Shown in pieces: positions 40,155-50,143 of a DNA stretch of 64,000 nucleotides. The DNA comes from an uncultured candidatus Porisulfidus sp. (GTDB lineage: Bacteria > Pseudomonadota > Gammaproteobacteria > Poriferisulfidales > Poriferisulfidaceae). The notes under the pieces were generated by a model. It was not told where the DNA came from and ran no database searches. It worked only from the letters and a program-made list of their open reading frames with translations. The stretch is taken from assembly GCA_965204575.1 (NCBI GenBank), contig OZ241993.1, forward strand, positions 1 to 64,000, read 5' to 3'. A program made the translations under genes and the position numbers. Position 1 is the stretch's first letter. Every line of letters starts with the position of its first letter.

Positions 40155-41708
40155 ATGGATCGCCGCCAGCTTCCGATTGGAATTCAGGACTTCCGAGTCC
40201 TCCGCGAAGAGAGACATTACTATGTGGACAAGACTGCCTTCATCCGGCAGTTAGTGGAGGGGGGGCGCCATTATTTCCTGTCGCGGCCGCGGCGCTTCGG
40301 CAAGAGCCTGCTGATCGACACCCTGCAGGAACTGTTCGAAGGTAACGAGCCCCTGTTCCAGGGGCTGGCTATCCACGGGCACTGGGACTGGTCGGTCCGG
40401 CATCCGGTGCTGCGGCTGAGCTTTGGCGGGAAATACACCGAACCGGGAGACCTGGAAGCGAACATCCAGGACAAGCTGAACGGAATCGAGGAAGGTTTAG
40501 GGCTCGATCCGGAGCCTCGGGCCTTGCTCGGCCCGGAACGCCTGCAATCGCTTCTGCGCCGCCTGCACCGGACCACCGGTCGACAAGTGGTGGTGCTGAT
40601 CGACGAATACGACAAGCCAATCCTGGACGTGTTGAAGAATCCAGAACTGGCGGAAGCAAACCGAGACTACCTGCGCGGCTTCTACGGGATCATCAAGGAC
40701 AGCGCGAAACATGTGCGCTTCGTGTTCGTGACTGGGGTGAGCATGTTCTCGAAGGCGAGCCTGTTCTCGGGGCTCAACAACCTGAAGGATATCAGCCTGG
40801 ATCCGCGCTATGCCGCGATCTGCGGCTATACCGATCGCGACATCGATACCGTGTTCGCCCCGGAGTTGCCGGGGCTCGACCGGGAGGAGATCCGGGCCTG
40901 GTACAACGGCTACGGCTGGCGCGGCGAGGAGAAGCTCTACAACCCGTATGGCGTTTTGCTGCTGTTCGACAGCCGGGAGTTCCAACCACACTGGTTCGAG
41001 ACCGCGACCCCGACTTTTCTGTACCAACTGATGCGGGAACGGAGCGTGAATCCTCTGGAGCTGGAGAGCCGGCGGGTTGATGTGGCGCGCCTGTCGAAGC
41101 TGGATGTGAGCGACATGGACCTGCATGCGCTGATGTTTCAGACGGGCTACCTGACAATCGCGGGGGAGGAGCGCATCGGGACGGAGACCTTCTACCGGCT
41201 GGAATACCCGAACCTAGAGGTTCGGCAGAGTTTCAGTAAGGGTCTGATGGTGGATCTGGGCCGGGAAAGCGAAGAGGTCACGATGCAGGCACATGCCCTG
41301 CTGGGGCTGCTGGAGTCGAACGACTTCGAGGGATTTGCCCGACACCTCCAGTCCTATCTGGCTGGGGTTCCGCACCCGTGGTGGGAGGGGGCGGGAGAAT
41401 TAGGCCGGTACGAGTCGCATTATGCGGCGATGCTGTACATGACGCTGCGTGCGGTGGGGGCGGAGGTTCATGCGGAAGAATCTTCCAGCCACGGTCGTTC
41501 GGACCTAGTGATCCGGCAGGGAGGCCAGGTTTTCGTGCTGGAACTCAAGGTCGCGGAGGGAGAGGACGAGGCGGAAAGTACGCTGGATGCGGCACTGGAC
41601 CAGATTCAGGATCGGGGCTATGCGGAGAAGTACCGATCTGAGGGCGAGCCGGTGTACCTTCTGGGGCTGGTGTTCGGGAAGGAGGAGCGAACGTTACTTG
41701 GAATGTGA
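40155..41708 (+). CDS. AAA-ATPase-like protein with C-terminal PD-(D/E)xK nuclease
   Basis: LPIGIQDF, YVDKT, RPRRFGKSL, LIDEYDKP, WYNGY, GRSDL...VLELK. Confidence 0.92.
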   Translation: MDRRQLPIGIQDFRVLREERHYYVDKTAFIRQLVEGGRHYFLSRPRRFGKSLLIDTLQELFEGNEPLFQGLAIHGHWDWSVRHPVLRLSFGGKYTEPGDLEANIQDKLNGIEEGLGLDPEPRALLGPERLQSLLRRLHRTTGRQVVVLIDEYDKPILDVLKNPELAEANRDYLRGFYGIIKDSAKHVRFVFVTGVSMFSKASLFSGLNNLKDISLDPRYAAICGYTDRDIDTVFAPELPGLDREEIRAWYNGYGWRGEEKLYNPYGVLLLFDSREFQPHWFETATPTFLYQLMRERSVNPLELESRRVDVARLSKLDVSDMDLHALMFQTGYLTIAGEERIGTETFYRLEYPNLEVRQSFSKGLMVDLGRESEEVTMQAHALLGLLESNDFEGFARHLQSYLAGVPHPWWEGAGELGRYESHYAAMLYMTLRAVGAEVHAEESSSHGRSDLVIRQGGQVFVLELKVAEGEDEAESTLDAALDQIQDRGYAEKYRSEGEPVYLLGLVFGKEERTLLGM

Positions 41709-41769
41709 GCCGAGCGGTCATCCTGCCAACCATAGTTTGTCCGGCAACACCACAAAAGTCACGGATGAC

Positions 41770-42226
41770 AAACAAATCTTCGGCAAGATCCTCATTCTCA
41801 TACAAGATCATGACGTCAAAGAGATCACGCGGATGTTGCCGGTCAAGTGCTGCATGCAGTTTGCCACTGTAGAGGTCTTCAAACGCAAGGATATTCATTT
41901 CGGCGAAACCGAAATGCTCTGTCACCACGTCCGAGACCCTCATCGTCGGCGGCGGATACACGGTTTCGCGAGTCACCGCGGAGGTTTCGATCTTTATTGG
42001 CAATGGTCTCCGTAATCCGGCTGAGCGTCATGTCGATATCATTCAACGCAACCGCGCGGTCAGTGACTGGCAAGTAAGCAAGGTCTATGTCTATGGAAAG
42101 GCGCGGCATGTCCCGGTAGAACAGATTGATGGCTGTCCCGCCCTTAAGGGCGAAGGCTTCCTCGGCAGCGATATCCGGCAGTACGCCCAAGAGCAGGCGG
42201 ACTTGTTCGGCATAGCGATCAAGCAT
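41770..42226 (-). pseudogene. AbiEii nucleotidyltransferase toxin, deleted and frameshifted
   Basis: FALKGGTAINLFYRDMPRLSIDIDL, then other frame KLHAALDRQHPRDLFD; truncated. Confidence 0.8.
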
Positions 42227-42605
42227 TGGCTTTGGCCTCTTCCCCGTCGACAAGATTTTCCGGCACGTAGATCCGATATGCCGAGTGGACCCTGCCGCCC
42301 TTCACCAAGGCACGCGGCCCGGAACCGAAATCGATTTTCGATGCATCGAGATGCTTGCGCCACGGATGTCGATGCCTGTCCGAGAAAACGAAGAACAGCC
42401 GGCGCACTTTCACGCTCCGGCAACGCATAAGCAGCGCCATCAATTGCTTGGGCCGCAGGGTTACGAGTCCCTCGAAGATCTTGTCCAGGTTGTCGAAACC
42501 CGCATGGTGTGGCAGATCATCAAGTGCTTCGAGGATGGCGCGCTCTGGAGACGATGCCTTGACAGGCCAATGCCACACGCTCACCGTACGGCTGATTCCC
42601 TCCAC
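42219..42605 (-). pseudogene. AbiEi antitoxin C-terminal fragment
   Basis: SSPERAILE, LRPK...CRSVKVRRLF, DFGSGPRAL; 5' part missing. Confidence 0.8.
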
Positions 42606-42663
42606 GACAGTCTAGCTAAGGCACACCACACAAAGCAGGCGCCCTTCGGGGCGTCTGTCTTTT
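42606..42663 (+). terminator. Orphan porin 3' UTR and terminator with no porin upstream
   Basis: GACAGTCTAGCTAAGGCACACC..CAAAGCAGGCGCCCTTCGGGGCG matches the porin 3' ends. Confidence 0.8.
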
Positions 42664-42737
42664 AGACATATAATATTGGCGAAAGACGCGAGTTGGTTCG
42701 CCACAGTAGAACATCAGATATTTATGGAGGATTAGTC

Positions 42738-42992
42738 ATGCAAAAAGTCACATCTACTGAATATGAGAAAAACTTGGATTATTTTCATACTAAGGCAATC
42801 AAGTCTCCATTATCAGTTACCCGCCATGAGGGAAGCGCATTGGTAATTTTGTCTGCCAAGGAGTATGAACGCCTTATATGCCGCGACCGTCGAGCATTTG
42901 CCATAGAGGAATTGTCTGATGAAGAAGTCGAGGCGATTCTAAAGGCTGAACCACCAGAAGAAGCCAAGCAATACGACCATGAATTAGTCTAG
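42738..42992 (+). CDS. Phd-like antitoxin
   Basis: KVTSTE...SPLSVTRH...VILSAKEYERL; SD GGAGG. Confidence 0.75.
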   Translation: MQKVTSTEYEKNLDYFHTKAIKSPLSVTRHEGSALVILSAKEYERLICRDRRAFAIEELSDEEVEAILKAEPPEEAKQYDHELV

Positions 42993-42996
42993 CGAC

Positions 42997-43425
42997 GTGG
43001 CACTCCCTGAACCAGTACCGGGACTTGTCATTCGCTACGATTACCTTTGGCGACATGAAGCCGAACAAGGACGAATAGAAGCATCCAAATATCGACCCAG
43101 TGTGGTTGTTCTATCAATAACCGGCAAAGAAACTGACAAGAAAGTTGTGTGGGTTGCGCCAATTACTCGTCGCCAGCCTCATGATGCATCAGCCGCAATC
43201 GAGATACCAAATCAAGTAAAACAACGCCTTGGTCTGGACGCAGAGAAGTCGTGGATCATCATTTCCGAGGTAAATAGGTTCATATGGCCGGGACCGGATA
43301 TCCGTCCGGTCAGCCAAGGGCAGTGGGCGTACGGTGTGTTACCACATCGTCTATTTCAAGCAATCCTTGATAGGCTGAAAATTTATCGCGATCAACGCCA
43401 GACAAAGCAGGTTCAACGTGATTAA
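42997..43425 (+). CDS. PemK/MazF-like toxin
   Basis: PGLVIRYDYLW, KYRPSVVV, VAPIT, LGLD..SWII.SEVNRF.WPGPD. Confidence 0.75.
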   Translation: MALPEPVPGLVIRYDYLWRHEAEQGRIEASKYRPSVVVLSITGKETDKKVVWVAPITRRQPHDASAAIEIPNQVKQRLGLDAEKSWIIISEVNRFIWPGPDIRPVSQGQWAYGVLPHRLFQAILDRLKIYRDQRQTKQVQRD

Positions 43426-43456
43426 TCCCCACTTGCTGAATATTGACCAATTAAAA

Positions 43457-43465
43457 ATTTCTAAT
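43457..43465 (+). other. Putative recombination site, porin copy 5
   Basis: aATTTCTAATatt; in-frame TAA just upstream. Confidence 0.55.
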
Positions 43466-45219
43466 ATTTTTTGCCTTGGCGGCGATTCCATTCGCAGCCC
43501 AGGCCGAAACATGGAATATTTATGGTTGGCAGAATCATTCTTGGGAGTTTGTGGATATCGACGGCGGACGCAGCTTCGACCGGATCCAGTTCAACGCGGG
43601 CAACATCGGATTCGCGGCAAGCGTGCCCACCGGCATGAACGACATCTCGGTTAACGTGCAGTGCGAACAGTTTACGTACTACAACCAACTCGGTGGAAAA
43701 ACCGGCTGGTGTAACCGTAACTCCAAGATCGGCCTGTCTCACCCGCAGATGGGTGAGGTCATGCTGGCTACCTGGCTGCTCCCTTACAACGAGGGCGTGG
43801 CACAGTGGGTCGACCCGTTCTATGACGCTGGCGCGGACTCGCATACCAGCATCATGGGTTCGGTCGGTGCCAATACCATCTTCTACAACACCGGCGAGTT
43901 CGGCGCGTTCGACTACACTGTGGCCGGAGCCTACGACACCGGCTTCAATCGTCGCCAGGACAACATCATCCAGTACTGGTCGCCGAACTGGAACGGCTTC
44001 GTGTTCCGCTTCGCGTGGACCGCCGGCAACCGGGATGAGACAAAAGCCCGGAACGACCACGAGATCGATCCGGTGATTCGTTCCTCAAGCCTGGCCTACA
44101 CCAACGGCCCGCTGTGGGCGGCGGTGACCTGGCAGGACCACGAGGACTGGACCGCGGCTTCCGTCGGCCAGATGGAGGCCTCGGACGCGGAGAGCCTGCG
44201 CGTGGCCGGCCGCTACATCATGGATATGGGCGACGGCATGAGCGTTCAGATCTCGGCGATGTGGGAGACCCTGGAGTACGAGTTCAACAACGTGAGCAAT
44301 GTCGATGCGGCCATGGCTGCGTTCGGCTACAGCAACTTCGGCACCTACGACTTGTTCCACAACGGGAACAAGATTGTAGGGACTGATGCGGTTGCGGCAA
44401 AAAAAGCGGTCTACACGACCTATGACGGCCAGACCGACGAAGAGAAGGAAAATGCGGTCAAGGCACAGAAGACCCTTGAACTTGTGCGTAGTTTGTTCTA
44501 CGACGAAGCCACTGACGGCGGCGGACGAAAGTGCGACCGGTTGCGCTGCCGCTACTCCCCCGACGTGTACTGATCTCAGTCTCAACGTCTTGGCGGATAC
44601 TAATACCGCTACTGACGGGCAGCAGACTGTACTTAAGGCTGCGATCGATGCTCTGAACAATGCCCGCGACACTGATGCCTCCACGGATGGCGTACAGGCG
44701 CCGGACTTGTCTGACGCGGATAGTGGTACTACGGCCCAGAGAGACGCCGAGACGCAATACCAGCTACTGGTCGAGGCGGCTACGAAAGCAGCGATGGAGG
44801 CATTCGAGCCTGAACTGGTCACGGCTGCCGTAGATGCAGTCGCGGCCAAGACGGCGGCAGAAAACAGAGCTGCAATGACTATGAACCAAAACGTCAAGAT
44901 CGAGCGTGACGCCTGGATGGTGTCCGGCAAGATCAAGATGGGCGGTCCCATCGACTTCCGCTTCTCCTACATGGACGCGGATGACCTTGAGGTCTCCTGC
45001 GGCTCTTGCTCGTGTGACTGGGACGAAACCGCGGCCGACGCATGGAACGTGGGCATCTTCTACACCATGCCGGCCGGCACGGAACTGCGTCTGACCTACT
45101 CCGAAGTCTCCAACGACAAAAACGGAACCTACGGCCAGGGCATCTCCGGTACCGGACTGGGTACTGCTGGTGCGGAGATCGAGATGTTCGCAGTCGGTAT
45201 CGTGCACTGGTTCGACTAA
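43458..45219 (+). pseudogene. Porin copy 5, silent cassette with frameshift in the variable region
   Basis: Frame switch at ~44509-44513 (YDEAT to PLTAADES); both halves homologous to the other copies. Confidence 0.85.
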
Positions 45220-45249
45220 GACAGTCCAACTGAGGCACACCTTACAAAG

Positions 45250-45277
45250 CAGGGCCCTTCGGGGCGCCTGTTTTTTT
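45250..45277 (+). terminator. Porin intrinsic terminator (1-nt deletion in stem)
   Basis: CAGGGCCCTTCGGGGCGCCTG-T7. Confidence 0.8.
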
Positions 45278-45450
45278 ATGGGACACTAGTGAAATAAGAA
45301 AACGGCATTGGCAGTACATTTCAGACAGGAAGAAAACCGGAAATTGGACGGCATACTTAGCATACAATCAGACGGAATAGTAACCGTAAATTATCCGATA
45401 GGTTAGTGTGCAATAAGTCGGAGAAGTTGAGTCAAGTCGATCGGCCTCCT

Positions 45451-45579
45451 ATGGGTCCTTCCCTTTCTCTGTTTCCTAGACTAGTCGAGCCGGCTATCCG
45501 CACAGCCTTGGCGGACACTCCCGTCGTATGTGTCGTCGGTCCCCGGCAAAGTGGGGAGCCGGCTGCAAAAACTCAGTAG
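45451..45579 (+). pseudogene. N-terminal stub of a DUF4143-type AAA ATPase
   Basis: FPRLVEPAIRTALADTPVVCVVGPRQSG, truncated within Walker A. Confidence 0.65.
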
Positions 45580-45911
45580 CCCCCCTTGCGGCGGCTTTCG
45601 GGCAACCCGGAAATACGCCCTCCCTGCTTGCTCGGATCTCCGGGAAACAGGTCATAGAGGGTCTTGGCGTTGATCTTTTCATTCCAGAGCCTGCTCAGGT
45701 GTTTCACCAGGTTGCGGGTGTTCGGCTGGTTCCCGGCGTTCTGGAAAAATTCCTCGCGAAGATGCTTGATGACATCCCAGTGCCGCGATGTCAGTTCCAG
45801 GTCCTCGGATTTTGCGATTTGCTCGGCCAAGCCTTCGCTCCAATCGTCCGCATTGACCAGGTAGCCGCTCGGCGTAGTCTCTATCGTCTGTCCGTCAAAT
45901 TCAATGCCCAT
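45573..45911 (-). CDS. TusE/DsrC family protein lacking cysteines (RspA-like)
   Basis: GYLVNADDWSE, HWDVIKHLR, LYDLFPG, ends GLPESRRKGGY. Confidence 0.85.
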   Translation of the reverse strand: MGIEFDGQTIETTPSGYLVNADDWSEGLAEQIAKSEDLELTSRHWDVIKHLREEFFQNAGNQPNTRNLVKHLSRLWNEKINAKTLYDLFPGDPSKQGGRISGLPESRRKGGY

Positions 45912-46047
45912 GCAGTCCTCCGTGAATTTTTGAAAGATCGAGAAATGTATGCAGAAATTATAGTGCTACCTGAAGTCACTTGTGCGCAATCAAGTCCATG
46001 GAGAGGGTTCGAGACATGAAAAAAGGTCGTAGAGGTCTTTCATTCCG

Positions 46048-46656
46048 CTATTGCCGAGACGCAGCGACCGTTTCGAGGTAAGGTTGAAGGACTGACCAGA
46101 TGCGGGTCTTGTAGGCATATTGGGCGATTTCCGCAGGCTTCGCCTGGCCTGACTCCATAACGTTATGCAGGGCTTCAAGTGCGACGTCGAGACCCACGGC
46201 TTTCCTGAACCTGAAACAATCCACGACTGTCTTGGCAGGACTGAAAACGGGAACGGGCACGCCATCAATGGAGTGAACCTGCACACCAAGAGAAAATGCC
46301 GCCTCCCCGAACCTTGCAACACGTATCGGAGGGTATTCGACCTTGGGTTTCCGTGCTTTTGAATGTATGGCCACCCAGACCTGGCGCGGCAGTTGCAGGG
46401 TAAGCTCATGGAACTGTAGAGCGGAAACGAGGCAGATGATTCCTTTGGGGACGAGTTTCGCCACTTCGGCAAGACCGTGTTGTGCCGAAATATCGGCATC
46501 AGCAGACTGGTACAGGCCGCGGACGTCGCGAGTGATGGTGCCCTCCTTGACCAGCCGGGAGAGTGTTTCGGGATGGATACCCGCACGGATGAGTTCGGCA
46601 CAACGCAGGATGCCGTGTTTTTCGATGAGCTTGACTGCCCGGTCCCCTTGCGACAT
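46048..46656 (-). CDS. AbiEi family antitoxin (orphan)
   Basis: RGLY, IICLVSALQFHELT, PAKTVVDCFRFR..GLDVALEAL. Confidence 0.85.
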   Translation of the reverse strand: MSQGDRAVKLIEKHGILRCAELIRAGIHPETLSRLVKEGTITRDVRGLYQSADADISAQHGLAEVAKLVPKGIICLVSALQFHELTLQLPRQVWVAIHSKARKPKVEYPPIRVARFGEAAFSLGVQVHSIDGVPVPVFSPAKTVVDCFRFRKAVGLDVALEALHNVMESGQAKPAEIAQYAYKTRIWSVLQPYLETVAASRQ

Positions 46657-46775
46657 ATCCGTAGGGAAGGTAAGTGAATAATTGTCTATAGAAATATTCT
46701 ATCTATTATCATTATATCACAAACAATTACTTTATTTTCGGGCTTTAACCCAGACAGGCAACCGTATGCGAGACG

Positions 46776-47093
46776 CTATATCGTCGCCATGTCCTTTGCG
46801 CGACAACGCACCTGCATACGAATAGCCTCACCGCGTTCAACCAACTCTTTTGACAGTTCATGCACCTTTTGGGCATTCAACCAAAACTCTGGAGTCTGCT
46901 CGAAAAATGCAGCGAGTGCGATTGCCGTCTCCGCGCTGACGCCGCGACGTTCATATGCGATCTCATACAGACGGGTTGCTGGCAACCCTATGGCTCGGGC
47001 AACGCCATGTACGGTTAATCCCATTTCCTCAATCTGCCCGAGCAATAGCGCTCCGGGATGCGTGGCGACTCGTTGCGTGGGAATTAAGGTCAT
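46776..47093 (-). CDS. higA: HigA antitoxin (orphan)
   Basis: THPGALL, HTH, TPEFWLNAQ. Confidence 0.85.
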   Translation of the reverse strand: MTLIPTQRVATHPGALLLGQIEEMGLTVHGVARAIGLPATRLYEIAYERRGVSAETAIALAAFFEQTPEFWLNAQKVHELSKELVERGEAIRMQVRCRAKDMATI

Positions 47094-47368
47094 TTCCGTG
47101 CCTCATGCCTCGGAATTAAGGATGGTTCCAAATTCTGACCACCTAGATAAAACAAAGGGTCTCGGAAAGTTTTCCCAAGACTCTGTGGCCCGCCAACGAA
47201 ATGACGAGGGTGGTAGATGAAAAGTTTAACAGAAATTGGCAATGTCTAACCTACCCCTTAGGGGATATAATGACAAGTTCCCGGCTTACCCCATAGTGAA
47301 ATTTATATCTGCTTCAAAATCATTTATCCTACGCACTGGCCACGTGTTTGACAGGAGGACCGTGAACC

Positions 47369-48631
47369 ATGACAGACGAACAGCATAAAACGCCGATGCT
47401 GGACGACCTGGAGCAAGGGCCCTGGCCCAGCTTCATCTCCGGCATCAAGCGGCTCCGCGACCAACATCCCGACCAACGGATCAACGGCGTCGCGAACGAC
47501 CTTCTCGGGCAACTGGAGCATTCCTACGAAACCCGAAAGGGCTACTGGAAGGGAGGCACGGTCAGCGTCTACGGATACGGCAGCGGCATCATCCCGCGTT
47601 TCTCCGAAGTCGGCGCCACCTTCCCCGCCTCCAAAGAATTCCACACCCTGCGCGTGCAGCCGCCCGCAGGCAACTACTACACCACCGATGTTCTCCGCCA
47701 GCTCGGCAACAGCTGGGAACGCTGGGGTTCCGGCCTGGTGACCTTCCACGGCCAGACCGGCAACATCATGTTCATCGGCGCCAGCACGGAGAACACCCAG
47801 CACTTCTTCGACGAGATCAACGACTACGGGTTCGACCTCGGCGGGGCCGGCCCCTGCGTGCGAACCGGCATGTCCTGTGTCGGCGCGGCCCGCTGCGAGC
47901 AGTCCAACACCGACGAGATGCGGGTCCACCGGACATTGCTCAATAACTTCACCGACGACGTGCATCGCCCGGCCCTGCCGTACAAGTTCAAGTTCAAGGT
48001 GTCCGGTTGCGGCAACGACTGCATGAATTCGATCGAGCGTTCCGACTTCTCCATCATCGGAACCTGGCGCGACGACATGAAGGTCGACCAGGAAGCCATC
48101 GCCGGCTACCTCAAGACCAAGGGTCGCCAGTACCTGATCGACAACGTGGTCGCACGCTGTCCGACCAACGCCCTGTCCCTGTCGGACGACGACGAGTTGC
48201 TGGTCGACAACCGCAACTGCGTACGCTGCATGCATTGCCTGAACGTGCTGCCCAAGGCCCTGTCCCCGGGAGACGACAAGGGGGTGTCGATCCTGATCGG
48301 CGGCAAGCGCACGCTGAAGATCGGCGACCTGATGGGCACCATGATCGTGCCGTTCATGAAGCTCGAGACCGAGGAGGACTACGAGCGCCTGGTCGAACTC
48401 GCCGAGGAAACCATCGACTTCTGGGCCGAGAACGGGCTGGAGCACGAGCGCTGCGGCGAGATGATCGAGCGCATCGGCTTGGTCAACTTCCTGGAAGGCA
48501 TCGGCGTGGAGGTGGATCCCAACATGATCAACGAACCGCGCACGAGTTCCTATGTCCGCATGGACGACTGGGAGGAAGAGGCCGAGAAGTGGTTCCAGCG
48601 CAAGTCGGAAGAAACCCAGGCCGCGGCCTGA
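47369..48631 (+). CDS. dsrA: Reverse dissimilatory sulfite reductase alpha subunit
   Basis: GPWPSF, YWKGG, CVRTGMSCVGAARC, SGCGNDC. Confidence 0.98.
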   Translation: MTDEQHKTPMLDDLEQGPWPSFISGIKRLRDQHPDQRINGVANDLLGQLEHSYETRKGYWKGGTVSVYGYGSGIIPRFSEVGATFPASKEFHTLRVQPPAGNYYTTDVLRQLGNSWERWGSGLVTFHGQTGNIMFIGASTENTQHFFDEINDYGFDLGGAGPCVRTGMSCVGAARCEQSNTDEMRVHRTLLNNFTDDVHRPALPYKFKFKVSGCGNDCMNSIERSDFSIIGTWRDDMKVDQEAIAGYLKTKGRQYLIDNVVARCPTNALSLSDDDELLVDNRNCVRCMHCLNVLPKALSPGDDKGVSILIGGKRTLKIGDLMGTMIVPFMKLETEEDYERLVELAEETIDFWAENGLEHERCGEMIERIGLVNFLEGIGVEVDPNMINEPRTSSYVRMDDWEEEAEKWFQRKSEETQAAA

Positions 48632-48649
48632 GCGCGGAGGGACTGATCC

Positions 48650-49723
48650 ATGGCCACTGAACATCGCTCGCCGGTCGAATCCGGTTGCCCGGACGGCTTC
48701 CAGTACCTGCACCCGTTGATGCGCAAGCATTACGGGAACTGGGCCTACCACGAAGACCCGCGCCCCGGCGTGTTGCGCCATGTCGCGCACAACGGGGAAT
48801 CCATCTGGACCGTGCGCGCCGGCACCCAGCGCATCCTGGACGTGTTCACCCTGCGCAAGCTGTGCGACATCGGCGACGAGTTCGGCGACGGCTACGTCCG
48901 CTTCACCATCCGCAGCAACATCGAGTACATGGTGGCGGACCAGGAGAAGGTCGTACCGCTGATCGATGCGCTGGAAGACTCCGGCTTCATCGTCGGCGGC
49001 ACCAAGAACTCGGTGGCGATGATCTCGCACACCCAGGGCTGGCTGCACTGCGACATCCCCGGTACCGACGCCTCCGGCGTGGTCAAGGCGATGATGGACG
49101 AACTGATCGACGAGTTCCGCGGCTGGAACATGCCCAACCGGGTGCACATCACCACGTCCTGCTGCCAGATCAACTGCGGCGGCCAGGGCGACATCGCGAT
49201 CAACGTCCAGCACACCAAGCCGCCCAAGATCAACCACGACCTGGTCTCCAACGTCTGCGAGCGCCCGTCCGTGGTGGCACGCTGCCCGGTGGCGGCCATC
49301 CGCCCGGCCCTGGTCAACAACAAGCCTTCGCTTGAGGTCGACGAGAAGAAGTGCATCTGCTGCGGCGCCTGCTACCCGCCCTGCCCGCCCATGCAGATCA
49401 ACGACCCGGAGCACACCAAGCTCGCCATCTGGGTCGGCGGCAACCACTCCAACGCCCGCGGCAAGCCGACCTTCCAGAAACTGGTTGCGGCCGGCATCCC
49501 AAACAATCCGCCGCGCTGGCCGGAGGCCACCGCCGTGGTCAAGCGCATCCTGCGCGCCTACCGCGACGATGCCCGGGACTGGGAGCGCATGAACGACTGG
49601 ATCGAGCGGATCGGCTGGCCCCAGTTCTTCGAACGCAGCGGCCTGCCGTTCACCAAGTTCCATATCAACAACTGGCGCGGTTCCCGAGCCAGCTTGAACG
49701 CCTCGGCGCACATCCGCTTCTGA
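48650..49723 (+). CDS. dsrB: Reverse dissimilatory sulfite reductase beta subunit
   Basis: HTQGWLHC, TSCCQINCG, CICCGAC, NNPPRWP. Confidence 0.98.
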   Translation: MATEHRSPVESGCPDGFQYLHPLMRKHYGNWAYHEDPRPGVLRHVAHNGESIWTVRAGTQRILDVFTLRKLCDIGDEFGDGYVRFTIRSNIEYMVADQEKVVPLIDALEDSGFIVGGTKNSVAMISHTQGWLHCDIPGTDASGVVKAMMDELIDEFRGWNMPNRVHITTSCCQINCGGQGDIAINVQHTKPPKINHDLVSNVCERPSVVARCPVAAIRPALVNNKPSLEVDEKKCICCGACYPPCPPMQINDPEHTKLAIWVGGNHSNARGKPTFQKLVAAGIPNNPPRWPEATAVVKRILRAYRDDARDWERMNDWIERIGWPQFFERSGLPFTKFHINNWRGSRASLNASAHIRF

Positions 49724-49748
49724 GCCTTGACTCCTGGGAAGTGCCGCC

Positions 49749-50141
49749 GTGAAATTCGGAATCCTGGTCAACGAGGGTCCTTACCAGCACCAAGCCTCTG
49801 ATAGCGCCTATCAGTTCGCCCAGGCGGCGCTGGCCGCCGGGCACGAAATCTTTCGGATCTTCTTCTACCACGACGGGGTCAACAACGGCACCCGGCTGAC
49901 CGTGCCGCCGCAGGACGACCGCAACGTCGTGGACCGCTGGTCGGAACTGGCCCAGGAACACGAACTGGACCTGGTCCTCTGCGTGGCCGCCGCGCAGCGC
50001 CGCGGCCTGCTCGACGCCGACGAGGCCCAGCGCCACGGCAAGGACGCCGACAACATCGCCCCGGGCTTCCGCATCTCGGGACTCGGGCAGCTGATCGAAG
50101 CCGCCATCCAGTCGGACCGGCTGGTGACGTTCGGAGACTGA
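49749..50141 (+). CDS. dsrE: Sulfurtransferase DsrE
   Basis: FFYHDGV, LCVAAAQRRG, SGLGQL. Confidence 0.95.
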   Translation: MKFGILVNEGPYQHQASDSAYQFAQAALAAGHEIFRIFFYHDGVNNGTRLTVPPQDDRNVVDRWSELAQEHELDLVLCVAAAQRRGLLDADEAQRHGKDADNIAPGFRISGLGQLIEAAIQSDRLVTFGD

Positions 50142-50143
50142 GG

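Noticed and set aside
4448-45219. Diversity-generating retroelement as the source of porin variation
   Set aside because: No reverse transcriptase in the window; differences are block swaps and indels, not adenine-specific.
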